DNA of 64,000 nucleotides, taken from assembly GCA_964106645.2 (NCBI GenBank), contig OZ067042.1; one strand, given 5' to 3'. Made by a program: the position numbers and the translations under genes. Shown here piece by piece: positions 38,891-50,589 of this stretch. How positions within the stretch are numbered: the stretch's first letter is position 1; each line of letters starts with the position of its first letter. This stretch comes from Podarcis pityusensis (lineage: Eukaryota). The notes beneath the pieces are model-generated. The model was not told where the DNA came from, did no database searches, and saw nothing but the letters and a program-made list of their open reading frames with translations.

Positions 38891-39293
38891 GGGAGAGGGG
38901 CCATAGCTCAGTGCTGCAGTACACACCTTGTACGTCAGGGGCCCCAGGCTCAACACCTTCATATAGGGATGGGAAAGATTCCTCACCGAAATCCTTAAGA
39001 GCTGCTGCCAGTCAGTGTAGCCAATACAGTCATACCTCGGGTTACAGACGCTTCAGGTTACAGACCTGCCGAAACCCGGAAGTACCAGAGCGGGTTACTT
39101 CCGGGTTTCGGCGGTCGTGCATGTGCAGAAGCGCCGAATCGCAACCCGCATGTCCACAGATGCGCTACTGCAGGTTGCGAACGTGCATCCTGCATGGATC
39201 ATGTTCACAACCCAAGCATCCACTGTAGTTAGTTAGATGGCCCAGTGGTGTAATTTGAGATACAGCAACTTTCATCAGTTTAGCTCAAATTAC
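38891..39293 (+). mobile_element. Squam3-like SINE interrupted by a mariner-type MITE
   Basis: Head ggggccatagctcagtg and body gctgccagtcagtgtagccaaTA. It resumes after the MITE with ...gttagatggcccagtggt...cagcaactttc. Confidence 0.8.
39027..39225. mobile_element. Tc1/mariner (Tigger-like) MITE nested in a SINE
   Basis: TA|CAGTCATACCTCGGGTT ... AACCCAAGCATCCACTG|TA, with an internal 17-bp inverted repeat. Confidence 0.85.
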
Positions 39294-39736
39294 TGCAAGC
39301 ATAATTCAGCTGAGCTTAGCCCACCTCAAGTAGCCTCCCACCCTCCATTTTAATAACACCCACCAAAATCTCCACTGGCCACAGTCCTGTCCCCCTGTCC
39401 AAAAGGAAACAAATTCACCACAGGGAAGGAAACCAGGATAGCAGTAGGCAAAGAGTTCTAAAGATGAGGAATCTCCTTCAGGTAAGTGATCTTTTACCAC
39501 CAGGGATCATGGAGTTTGTACTTCCATCCCTTGGTTCCTGGAGGCACAAGGCAATGTCAGAGTCACTTGACTGAAGGAAAAGAGCCTTACTGGACTTCTC
39601 TTTCGCCACAGATATTCTCTCTTCCAAACTGATTCGCCTCCAGCCAGCTGCCTATTCCAGTGTGCTACTGTTCTATGATGTACTGTACAACATAGTACAG
39701 ATCTACTCGGCTGACAGTACTATATGTTGTTTATAA

Positions 39737-39890
39737 CGCGCTGCTCTGGTTCACCAGAAGCGGCTTAGTCATGCTGGCCACATGACCCGGAAGCTGTACG
39801 CTGGCTCCCTTGGCCAATAAAGGAAGATGAGCGCCGCAACCCCAGAGTCAGTCACGACTGGACCTAATGGTCAGGGGTCCCTTTACCTTT
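39737..39890 (+). mobile_element. Sauria SINE 3' half
   Basis: gcgctgctctggttcaccagaagcggcttagtcatgctggccacatgacccggaagc...ggtcaggggtccctttaccttt tail. It is the reverse complement of the 4407 copy. Confidence 0.92.
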
Positions 39891-40139
39891 TTAACCTAAA
39901 GTTCAGTTTTCCTAAAGGAAATCGGTTTTGGAAAAGTTGATTTTGAGGGAAGAAATGACAAGGAAAAGGGGTGCTTGTTTCCCCACCTGTTATTTCTTTC
40001 CAAACTGATCCTTCCAAATGGCTCCCACCCCCCACCACCGCCCATGAGTTTCAAAATACTTATTTGGTTGAAAAAATGCACAGCTGAATCCATATATAGG
40101 GAAAGCAGCTGGAGGGGGTTGGGTTGTCTTGAATGAGTG

Positions 40140-40277
40140 CAGGGATGCGGAACCTGTGCCCTTCCCAATGTTGCTGGATTCCAGATCCTGTCAGACCCAG
40201 CCAGCATGGCCAATGACCAGGGATGATGGGAGTTGTAGTCCAGCAGCATCTGAAGGGTCACAGGTTGCTTACTCCTG
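40140..40277. mobile_element. Hairpin hAT-type MITE
   Basis: cagggatgcggaacctgtg / cacaggttgcttactcctg ends. Degenerate TSD aatgagtg / aatgatag. Confidence 0.78.
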
Positions 40278-43069
40278 AATGATAGAAATGATAGGAAAGG
40301 ATCTAATATCGCCTCCCCACACCATTTCCCCTCTCTTTAAACTGCTTTTCCTTAGAATTTTTGCTAGAATTTTTTTCTGTCACATGCAAACACAGCTCAT
40401 CTGCACTGGTCGCAAAGCTTGACTAAAAGTCTCTTGAAACATCAGCACATGAAAGATGTTTCACTAAGTTGTTCATGACAAGAATGATTGGGACCAAGTA
40501 AGCAAAAGTTACAGAAAGATCACAGATGTTCCAAAATGGTCACCAAGGCACAGATGCAGATGTGGAAGAGAGAGGTGGAAAGAAAAGGAGCAAAAAGGAA
40601 CCATATGATCAAAGGAGAATGGCTGCAACTGGAGGAAATATTAGCAGGAATGAGAGAAGCACCAATATCCCCCCCTAAACCTTGAGCACAAGAAGATCCA
40701 AGATAGATAGCCTTTGCTTTCCTTTCTCAGTGGAAGTCAATGTTTTTTGAGTTGAGAAAGCAGGAGAACCACTGATGAGAACCACACTGTGCTCATATTA
40801 ATTTTGCAAATTGTGCCAGTGAGTGGGCCAGTTCTACTGATGTGATAGCATAGAGCCAGGCACTGCGGAGGCAAGATGTTCCCCTAGCACCAGACGAAAT
40901 TCCCCAGTCATCCACTGTCCAGAGCAAGTGTGGTAACAATGCTGAAACAAATACTATGGAAGCATTGTAATAGGTTAAAGGAACTTGCATAATTTAACAA
41001 TAGTAATCCAGTGAGCTATAGGATTCACGTTTCATGAATCAAAACGAAAAACTGTATGAACATTAAGCCCGACCCCAAGGAAACTGACTAATCTTTGGTT
41101 AGTCTCCCAGATATAGTGCCCTAACGATTTCTACAAGAATGTTGCTTTGGTCATAAATGAAAAATGCAGGACCATTTTTAGACAACAAAATCCACAGACT
41201 ATATGTGATTTAAATCTTTGGATACAACAGCACTCCTTTTAATGCCTTGTAAAATATTTAAAGCTTAGCTGCCTGATAAAACGGCACTGCTAACATGAAA
41301 CAACATAATCATCATCTGGAAACACAGTTCAGTTGTGTTCTGGGCCAGATCTATCGAGCTTTATCGACTTGGTAAAAACAACTGGTCATAAAGATTGGCT
41401 TTCGGTTATGATTTGGCCCACACAAACAAATCCACCATTTCCACCCACATCTCCTTCCAGTTTTACAGCTGTAAAACCATCATGAGAAAAGAAAGCAAAT
41501 GGATTCAACTAGTTCCTGTTCAATAAAACAAGACATATTAGGTTACAGCTTGTCTTTTTCTTGTGTACATTCTGTTTGGTTGTTGATGCAAATTCTATTT
41601 AAAGCCTTATTCTAACTAAACTGTGTTAGCTATAAGGCATCATCACTGGTAAGGATTGTCTGGATATGAAAATGCTAAATGTAACATAAATGTAATATAT
41701 CACAACTATGCCAAATTGATTAATGCAACAGAAGCACATTTCAGGGAGAGAGAAAAAGTAAATTACAAGTCATTTACAGTAAATTCAAATTGTGTTATGG
41801 ATTTGAATGATTTCCTTCCTTTTCTAAAGGATTAGTTATTTTGTTTCATATTTTTTTCCTAATCTTTCACTTTACAATTCAAAGCATTCTTCTTGCTTCA
41901 GAGTTGAATAATGTTTTAGCTGACATAAACAAAGCATGTTCCGTCAGTCTTTAAACCTCTGATAAGAAAGAAAATGTGAACTTGTATAAAGGCAACTGTA
42001 ATTGCTATTGCTTTCATCATTTTAATAATAATAATAATAATAATAACAACAATAATTATCATTCAGAAGGAATTGTTTAGCTCTTCAAGTTTTCTCAACA
42101 TTAGGAATACACAATCCATGCATCAAATAAATTGTTACACAAAAACAAATGCATGGCATGTCACTACAAATTCAGACTAGAAAAGCCGAACGGATTATTC
42201 AAAGACAAAGGAAGGAAGGTTTGCTGGGGGGGTGGGGTAGGGGAATTGGGTTTTCAGGAAAAGCCGGAAGAAAAGAGGACATCTGGCTGAAGCCAAGGCA
42301 GATATTCCAGACACAGAAAAAGACAAACAGGAAGACTAGCAGAATGAAACAAAATAAGCAACAGAACAAAATGGTTGGGGAGAACAAAGAAAACACAAAA
42401 TGGCACAGATAAATAGTTGGGCACATTTATGGAAGGTGCTGCAGAATGAATGTGAATGAGGACCATTTTCACTGCATTCTTTTCTCCACATGTTTTGAAA
42501 AGGAAAGGATGGAAGGAGACAGATAAGGGCATCCTTGTTTGTTTGTTTGTTTGTTTAAACCATTTATAACCTGCTCTTCACTGTTCACACAATTTGAGAG
42601 GGAGAAACATTAAGTTTTGTAAAGTGCTTTGTGAACCACTTTGTGCTTTTTTTAAAAAAAAAAGGTATATAAATACTTGAAATAAATGAATGACAATAAA
42701 ACAATATTTCATTTAAATGCAACAACTTAAAACATACAATATGGCAGTATGGAGTGGTAGTGATGTCTGACATGGGATTGTACAAGTCCTACTCAGAAAT
42801 CCTGAGTTAGCCATGTCCATTTATTTCAGTGGGTCTATTCTGAGCAGAACTGACACTGAATGCCACACATAGTGCCCTTTGGATGTTGCTGGACTCTAGC
42901 TCTCATCAGCCCAAGCCAGCATGAACAATGGAGTTGTAGTCTGACAATACCAGAAGTTACCACATTGGATACCCCTGTACTAACAATGAAAGCCACCACT
43001 TCAGTAAAATGCTTACATGTAGAGTCACATTCTTTACCTTGTGTTAAAGAATTCATTAGCATTGCTGCT

Positions 43070-43880
43070 GCTCACACCTGAGAGGGGAAGACATTCCAGA
43101 GTCAGAGTGGCACCAATGAGAAAACCTTCTGAAGAGCCATCACATAGCATATCTCAAAGCACTGTGGTGGTATGAGAAGGGCATCCTCTGATGCCCTCAA
43201 AGTCCAGGCAGGTATATAAGGGAGCAGGAAGTCTTTCTGCTATCTAAGTCCTGAGCAGTCTAGGGCTCTAAACAAACACTTTAAATCTGGCTTAGTAACG
43301 TATTGGTAGCCAATGCAGAGATTTCAACACCAATGATATATAATGATGGTAAGGTGATGCTGGATGCAGTCTTGCTACAGCAGTTTGCGCTAACTTTGTA
43401 TTTCCAAACAGGTTCAAGGGCAACCCTACATAGAATGAATTGCAATGATCTAGCCATGAAATTACTATCACATTCACTATGCTAACCAAGGAGGCTGCAC
43501 TCCCCTGGAAGGAACATGTTCACAGTTTGGGGGTGCTCCTGGGTTCAACACTGTCACTGGAGGCTCAGGTAGCCTCAGTGACTAGGATCTGGTTCACCAG
43601 TTATGACCCCTTTGGACAGAGATGACTTGGCCACTATACTCCATGCTCTGGTAACTTTCAGATTGGATTACTGCAATCCAATCTACATGGGGCTCAATCC
43701 CCATCCCAAAACGGGACATTCGCAGCTGGGCGATTAAGATCGTCCAGGTCCAGGGAGGGCCTTTTAGAGGCAGGCACACCACTGTCTCCTTCAAGGGAGT
43801 GGGAAGCCACCCCTCATGCACCGGTGAACTGACTAGTCCTTGGACCCACCCAGTCTGTCCCATCTGGCTAGATTTTTGTG
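43070..43880. mobile_element. Cluster of three L2 LINE ORF2 fragments in alternating orientation (-, +, -)
   Basis: Minus 43070-43489: SWLDHCNSFYVGLP...LKSLHWLPIRY. Plus about 43490-43695: SLGVLLGSTLSLEAQV...HALVTFRLDYCN. Minus about 43696-43880: GWVQGLV...PTPLKETVVCLPLK. Confidence 0.8.
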
Positions 43881-44785
43881 CCATGACAAACAGGGATCAA
43901 GAAGGCATGCAGTTGGCCTCACCATTCCAAGCATCTTGTCCACACTGTCAAGCCTCAAAAGCTGACACCAAAGAATCTGACCAGTCAATGCACTGGATGT
44001 TTCAGCTAGATATTCTAAAATATGGGCAATTCCCTTTTTATACGGGGCCCATATGTCAAAGGTCAAGTGCAAGTTTCACTGGTGTGAGTAGCAATTAAGC
44101 CTTTCTAAGATTTGCCAGGTGCATGTCAAAAGCCACTCTTAATACAGAAACTTAAAAATGTTTTTCTTTCACACAGGTCTGTATGTTCAAATGCCAATAT
44201 ACCAAACTTGTAAGAAATACTGGCCCCTAGCATTAGAAGAAGCACATCCATAAGAAGAGAGTCCAAACGTTAAGCTGAGCATCTACAGGATTGCAGCTGC
44301 TCCACACAACTATTATCAGTCACTATTACCACACGTATGGCCTACTGAAGCATTCTCCAATCTGGTACTCACCAAAACTGTGGAACCCCACCATCCCTTA
44401 CCATTGGTTATACTGTCTGGGGCTGGTAGGAGTTGTAGCATCTGGAGAGCACCAGGTTGGTTAGATCATTCATACTAAACAGCCACACTGGGGTGGATTT
44501 TTGTTCCAGTTTTAAACTGACTATGTTATGAAGCCTATCAACCACAAACACAACTTGAAAACAAAATCATTTTTGGTGTCACCTGTGAAAGCTGTTTCCA
44601 ATTGACACCTGCACTTGGAACAGGAGATAAATGCAGCCCTTCTTGTAGCTGCTTTCCTACAATAATACTGGCCAAACGGCACTTCAGTGAATTCAACCAC
44701 ATTACATACATTCTCTGTGAAACAGACCTATAAGGTGGAACACTATTATCTTCAAACCCAGATTGATTGGTATATTAATCAAACT

Positions 44786-45080
44786 GTGCTCTATGGAGAG
44801 CTGGCTTCAGGCACAAGGCCCATTGACCGACCAACTCTGCATTACAAAGATGTCTGCAAATGTGATATGAAGGCTGGCAACACCAACCCCGTTTGGGAAT
44901 CCCTTACAGACCAATGCAATGCCTGACGACAGTCAGATTGTGTATCCAGAGCGGTGACCAGAGGAGGAGCTAGGAGGAGCATAGAGAGAAGAAATGCCAT
45001 GGTACACCTGCATCAGCACAACCGGACCCCTTCGTCTGGCCCAGCTGCAACAAAACAGGCCTCTCCTGTATCAGCCTCTT
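44786..45080 (+). mobile_element. RTE-clade LINE 3' fragment (not BovB)
   Basis: VLYGELASGTRPIDRPTLHYKDVCKCDMKAG...WESL motif, followed by a decayed C-terminal zinc-finger-like segment. Confidence 0.82.
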
Positions 45081-45082
45081 TC

Positions 45083-45237
45083 CATGGAACTCTTGGAATA
45101 GTAGTTCAGTGAGGGGACTAGGGGCTTCCTAACAATTATCAGCACCCTTAACAAACAACAGCTCCCAAGAGTCTTTGGGGGAAGCCACAGATTAAAATAG
45201 TATGACACTGCTTTTAACGTATAATGCAGATAGGGTC
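45083..45237. mobile_element. Half copy of the Harbinger-like MITE (5078 family)
   Basis: cctaacaattatcagcacccttaacaaac...ctttgggggaagcca...tgcagatagggtc. Confidence 0.65.
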
Positions 45238-45554
45238 TAAGGCAGGTGTGGCTAAGCTTTTCTGATCCAAGGACCACATTCACCTTTGCACAACCTCCAG
45301 GATGTATGACACCTACACTCAAACGCATACTCCTGCATACACGCACACACATAGGCACATGGCTCACGGCCCCCTCAGCTGACTCAGTTATCACTTCTCC
45401 TCACTCATCAAATCCGATGACCAGGAAGTGGGTGATTGGCATTGCTATCAGGGCCCAGGGTTTGGCAGAGAGGTTTAAAAGCAGTGGTGGTGTCTTGCAG
45501 GACAGAAAAAGTGCTTAGGGGCCTGAATTTCTGGAGTTATCCACCTCTGGTGAG

Positions 45555-45740
45555 CTGACAGTTGGTTCAAATCTTACCTCAAAGATATCCAGATGTATTT
45601 TCTCAGCTTCAGCTCCCCAGCTGCAATATAGGAATACTAATACTAGCCTATTCAGGCATATTTTTAAAAGATTATTTAGATTATATATGTGAAGTGCTGT
45701 GAATACTTAGGAAAGTGATCTATAAATGCTAAGTAGTAGT
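45555..45740 (+). mobile_element. MIR/CORE-SINE-like remnant
   Basis: ggttcaaatc B-box, ctccccagctgcaatataggaatactaatac core, and tatgtgaagtgctgtga...tataaatgctaagtagtag tail. Confidence 0.6.
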
Positions 45741-46102
45741 GCATGTATGCAAATGCCCAGAGCACTAAATCTCATTCTATCAATGGCTATCAGCAATTTC
45801 ATATTGAACAAACTGTCAGAAAGGGTACACAGCTCTGACCATTTTAATTAATGGAAGAGCCTTTTCTTCCAAGAACATTCAGTGGATTCTTTTTTAACCA
45901 AGTTATTTGTTGCCCATTACTTCACTTATAGAACATTTCCTTGTGTGTGTTCAAACTTGTTTGCTAAGGTTGTTTTGCACATTGCACAACAGAAAATCAA
46001 GGTTTGCCACAAAGCGAACACTGTGCAGGATGCTATAGTTGAGTATCGTTTCCTGATCAGTGATATGTGTGTGTCATTTTATTAAGCACACTCAAATTCT
46101 TT

Positions 46103-46320
46103 GGTCCCATCTGCACTGCACTTTTAAAGCAGTATCATAGCACTTTAGACAGTCATGGTTTCCCTCCAAAGAATCCTGGGAACTGTAGTTTGTTAAGGGC
46201 ACTAAGAGTTGTTATACAACCAATCCCTCTGGCAATCGTAGCTTTGTGAGGAGAATGGGATCTCCTAATAACTCTCAGAACCCCTAACAAACTAAAGTTC
46301 CCAGGGTTCTTTGGAGTGAT
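46103..46320. mobile_element. Harbinger-like palindromic MITE (5078 family)
   Basis: tccaaagaatcctgggaactgtagtttgttaaggg / ccctaacaaactaaagttcccagggttctttgga inverted arms. Confidence 0.72.
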
Positions 46321-46498
46321 GTACTTTGTAACAATTCTATCTTTTTGTACTGTGTTGTATTTAACTTTTGGAGACATCATATTGGCTGGTACACAATGCC
46401 AACCTGATTTCTCTCACTTGAGAAAAGTTTTATGTTTTGGGCCAGTGAATATCCTCAGATCCTTTAAAAATATATTTCTACAGAAAGGCAAAACTGTG

Positions 46499-46529
46499 AC
46501 ATATATATGTGTGTGTGTGTGTGTGTGTG

Positions 46530-46568
<39 letters not shown>
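46499..46568. repeat. Compound alternating purine-pyrimidine microsatellite (AT)4(GT)10(GC)4(AC)14(AT)2
   Basis: Read directly. The central 48 bp (46509-46556) is a perfect palindrome. Confidence 0.95.
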
Positions 46569-49399
46569 CCAGAGAGAGAAAGAGGGCACTTTAAGGGCTT
46601 GTCGCCTGTATAATGTTGCTCTTCCCATTACTTCATTAGGCTATGAATATGATCTGGTAATGGTTGCTAGGAATGAGCAATGTACAGAGGGGGAAAGAGA
46701 AATAAATTAATGGGGAAGGCAAAAGGCTGTTCTAATAAAGCGTCCTGAGCAAATGAAACTACTAGCAAAGTCCCATGGGAAGAGTCTTGGAAACTGTCAC
46801 ATCTGGAACTCATGTTCAAATATCATTAAGGGGGTTTGTTTTCAAAGAGAGGATATAAACTGAAGTACTCTGAAATCACAAGAAGATTGTTTACACAGTA
46901 GAGAGGTAGAAGAGTGGGGGTTTTTTTTTTCTTTGAAAGAAAATCTGGTATGCAGATAAACTACATATTGGATGGCTTGGAGGATCCCTTGCCTCAGACA
47001 GAAGGGATGTTCACAAGAACAAAGCCGCCTTACATCAGGCAGTGCACATGAAAGATTCAGTACCCAGTTCCAGAGCTGTCAGTAAAACAATTGCCAAAGA
47101 GTTGCTTGTTAACATTTCAAAGTATTCCTTTCACAGTCTCCTTCTCTCGCTAACCATGCCCTACTGTAGTGGCGAGTGGTGAATCTTGCCCCTGGAATGC
47201 ATCTCCAAAGGGGAGTGAATAGAAAGAAATAATATGATGAGTGAAAAACATTTAGCCAGCAAAAGGCTGCCTTTATGTGTAAATTATTTACTGTAACATA
47301 GAACTCCAAGACTTAGAGCTCCCCCCCCCCACGCCCCCAGAAAGACTGAAACTATCCAAGCATTTAGATGATTTGCCTCAACTGGCAGCAAAAATTATAC
47401 TTCTGTATGTGCATGCAGAATGGCATGTTTTTAATACAATACACGCAAATGGGATTTAGCCCATTCCTAGGCAGCGTATACAGCAAGTTTATATAAGCTA
47501 CTAATTTCCAGCCTGTAAGAAGCGGAAGGAGATCTCGAAGGCTTGCTGGAAAAACAAATGTAAATGTAACTGCTATGGCTAATCTCTTCCCATTTCAATT
47601 TCACTTGACATGGTTAGGCCATATTTCTTTTAAAGAAAGAAAAATTAAATTCTCTATTTATCTATAGTCGCAGAATTGTCCTTCTTTAAGCACACGGCTG
47701 AACTATTCAAGTGAAGCAAAGATTGAAATGCTAATTGAATTTATGCCCAAGCATAGCATTGCTTAGATCTTTGACAATGACAAAAAAGCTAGTTAGTGAA
47801 AATATATGCAAGAAGAGTTCTGTTCTAGCCTGCTAGAGGGGGTTAATTAAAAATATGAAAGGGTTTTGGGGTTTTTTACTTGTGTGTGAAAGGAAAGCAA
47901 TTCCTAGTGTCATATTTGAACAGGTGGGTAAGAAAGACAAAGCAAAGAAATAGGTAAGTAAATAGCAATGTAAAAAGAAAAAGATAGCAGGCATCATACT
48001 CATGCTTTTGTATATTTAAGCAGGTTTTGCCAAAATGGGCGAATGATTCTCTACACATAGGATAAAAGGAGTTCTCACTAGCATTTGTGGTCGCCACCAA
48101 GCCTTCCCTCTCCCTAAGTCCTTGGCACGTGCCAGAGGAGAACAGTCTGGGTCTCATTCCATTTCACATGGGGCTTTTGCACGGTTTCTGCTATCTGCAA
48201 AAAGTGCAGCGACCTCCAGGAAATCAATGGGGCTACAATGGAGGACACAGGCCTGGTGGGAAGGGGGGAATTAACTTCACAGTGCATATTTTGGTCAGAG
48301 CATGACAGCTTAGCATGAATAGATCCTGGCAAGGTATACTGAGCTCAGTTGATGCTAGTATTATTTCTGTCACTCAAGAAACAAAACAAAACAGGAAGAA
48401 GATCCTCCAAGCGATCAGGCATTGGTATGGAGCACCAAAAAGTACATCATATGCTGGGGAAGAGGGCATGCGCGCTCCTTCACTGTAACAGGGGAGTAGC
48501 TTGATTTATATGGGCCGGGACAATGCTTCTGCAGTCTATCCCATTTTATTTGTTTTGAGAATCTGACAACCAATGCAAATTACCACGTGGAAGAGGGCAA
48601 TTGTGGCGGAAAGCCCATGCATCCCCCAAAGTTGTGCAGCTCCTGCCATTGGCTGCATGGAGCTTCTCCATGCAATTTTGAACCCTGTTCTAAATCAGAC
48701 AGAGAGACACTGTGCAGAGCAGTCTCTCTTCTTCAGACATTATCGTTCCAACTTATTAGGAAGCGGGACGAGCCATACAACTCTGAGGGTTGGGCTAAAT
48801 ACACAGCCCTGCTGCTGCCTCCCCCCGCCATACTTGCACCTTTCACACTAGGGATGGCCAAATCTGTCCACTTCAAGTCTCCTAAGTTTCTCGTTTTTCC
48901 AGTCTTAAAACTTGAGCTCTCCATATTTCTGCAGCAATTTTAAAAAAGAATCCTCATGAATATTTGCCAGCATTTTAATGCAAATTTATCGGCAGTTGCT
49001 CTCTCCTAGCCTAGCCTACCTCACTGGGCTGCGGTCAAGATAAGACTGAGGGGAAGAGGGGAACAATGTATGCTGCCTGAGCTCCTTGGAGGCAGAAATA
49101 TAACAACTAAATATGTAAATTGCTCATGAAGTCCTGGTTAATTAGCTAAGTTTTATAAACTTTTTTTAAAAAGAGCATAGTAATCTGTCACATAAAATGT
49201 TCGCCAGCTTCTCTGGAGCCTTAAATTAAAGTAAAAACAAAAGCATGTGCTGCTTGTTCCACACAGAAGGCCTTACTTTTCAAGCATAAATTGTATGTGA
49301 CTTTAACAGTATGAATTCTATCAAGTGGCCCACAGTATACATTTGCACACAGTTCAACACAACATGAGCACATTAAATAGGATTTGGCATTAAAAGACC

Positions 49400-50110
49400 C
49401 TACACTGAATGGGAATCGAAAATAAATGCCCACATTCTCCCCAGAAGACTATTCACCCTGAGGCCTAAGGCATTAATTTAACTGAATGAGGAAGCCACTA
49501 GGGCAGCTGTCGCTAGCTTATTTGATTTGTGAATAAACAATAGCTTCATTTTAAAGGCTATTCACTTTTACTCCATTCCGAGGTAGAGTCAAAAAACCAC
49601 AAAAGGAAATAATAATTCAAAACATGGAACACACACACATGCTAATTTTTAAACGGAGTTTTAAAATGTAAAAGTTTTTCTTTTTTTTAATCAATGTCGT
49701 GACGGGAAACATGCAACAAAAACAACTTGCAGTCACACTATTAATTGTTAACTGCTTCTAATGGCAAGAAGCCCTGAGGCTATATCTTACACTTAATTGA
49801 TATTGTGCATTCGTCTGTATATTAATGAGGAGTTAGGGTTTCGAGGGTCATTCCAATAAAATCTTTGTACTTGTCAGCTTGAATTATGTATCTTTACTTG
49901 TTGCAGAAAACAGTGACAAATACGATAATTACAGTCATTGATACACGTTGCTGCGGTTTGCTCAAACAATCAGGTACATCATGTCCAAAATGGGATGCCA
50001 ATCTAGCACAACACTAATGATCCATCCGTGTGGTAAACATGAACAGTTTCTACTCAAAGGGAAAATACAATTTCACAAGACTGAATTTTCATGCGCAAAC
50101 AGACCCACGC
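49400..50110. promoter_or_regulatory. Candidate intronic enhancer / conserved non-coding element
   Basis: No recognisable transposon, retained CpGs, three AP-2-type sites, a FOX/SOX composite and several TAAT cores. Function is inferred only. Confidence 0.4.
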
Positions 50111-50589
50111 TTCTCTGATCATATTCAGTGCTATTGATGTTAGTTTATATCTGTCCAGTAGTAATGCATCATTCTAGTTTTCTGAACACCTGGCTTACAG
50201 TTATGTCAAATATTGTAAAGTTTGTACTCCAAAACCCCAGTTTCTGCAATCAGAAAAATATGTGCATTTACTGCAGATTTCAGCTTACTGGTATCTATCT
50301 TTTTCCCTAGTTAATTTCATATATAGAACTTCTGAGTGACTGGGGAGAGTGGAAAAACATTTTATATGGACTTGTAAAACTGGAACATATCCATGAAGCA
50401 AACAGGTGGTCGATGGATAAGTTTTCGTTACTAAAGCTCAACCATGGCACACCTCAACATCTATTTATTAATTTCCAGTATTGGCAGACTGTGTGGTGAC
50501 AAATCCATTTCCAACACAATTAATAAAGTAACAAATTTAAAACAATGCAACGTAAGTAAAATATCAAAGATTTGACAATAGCAAAAATC

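Noticed and set aside
47542-47557. CTTGCTGGAAAAACA resembles the reverse complement of the mammalian GFRA1 15-nt microexon
   Set aside because: On the minus strand it is followed by CC rather than a GT donor, and it is not preceded by an AG at the right distance.
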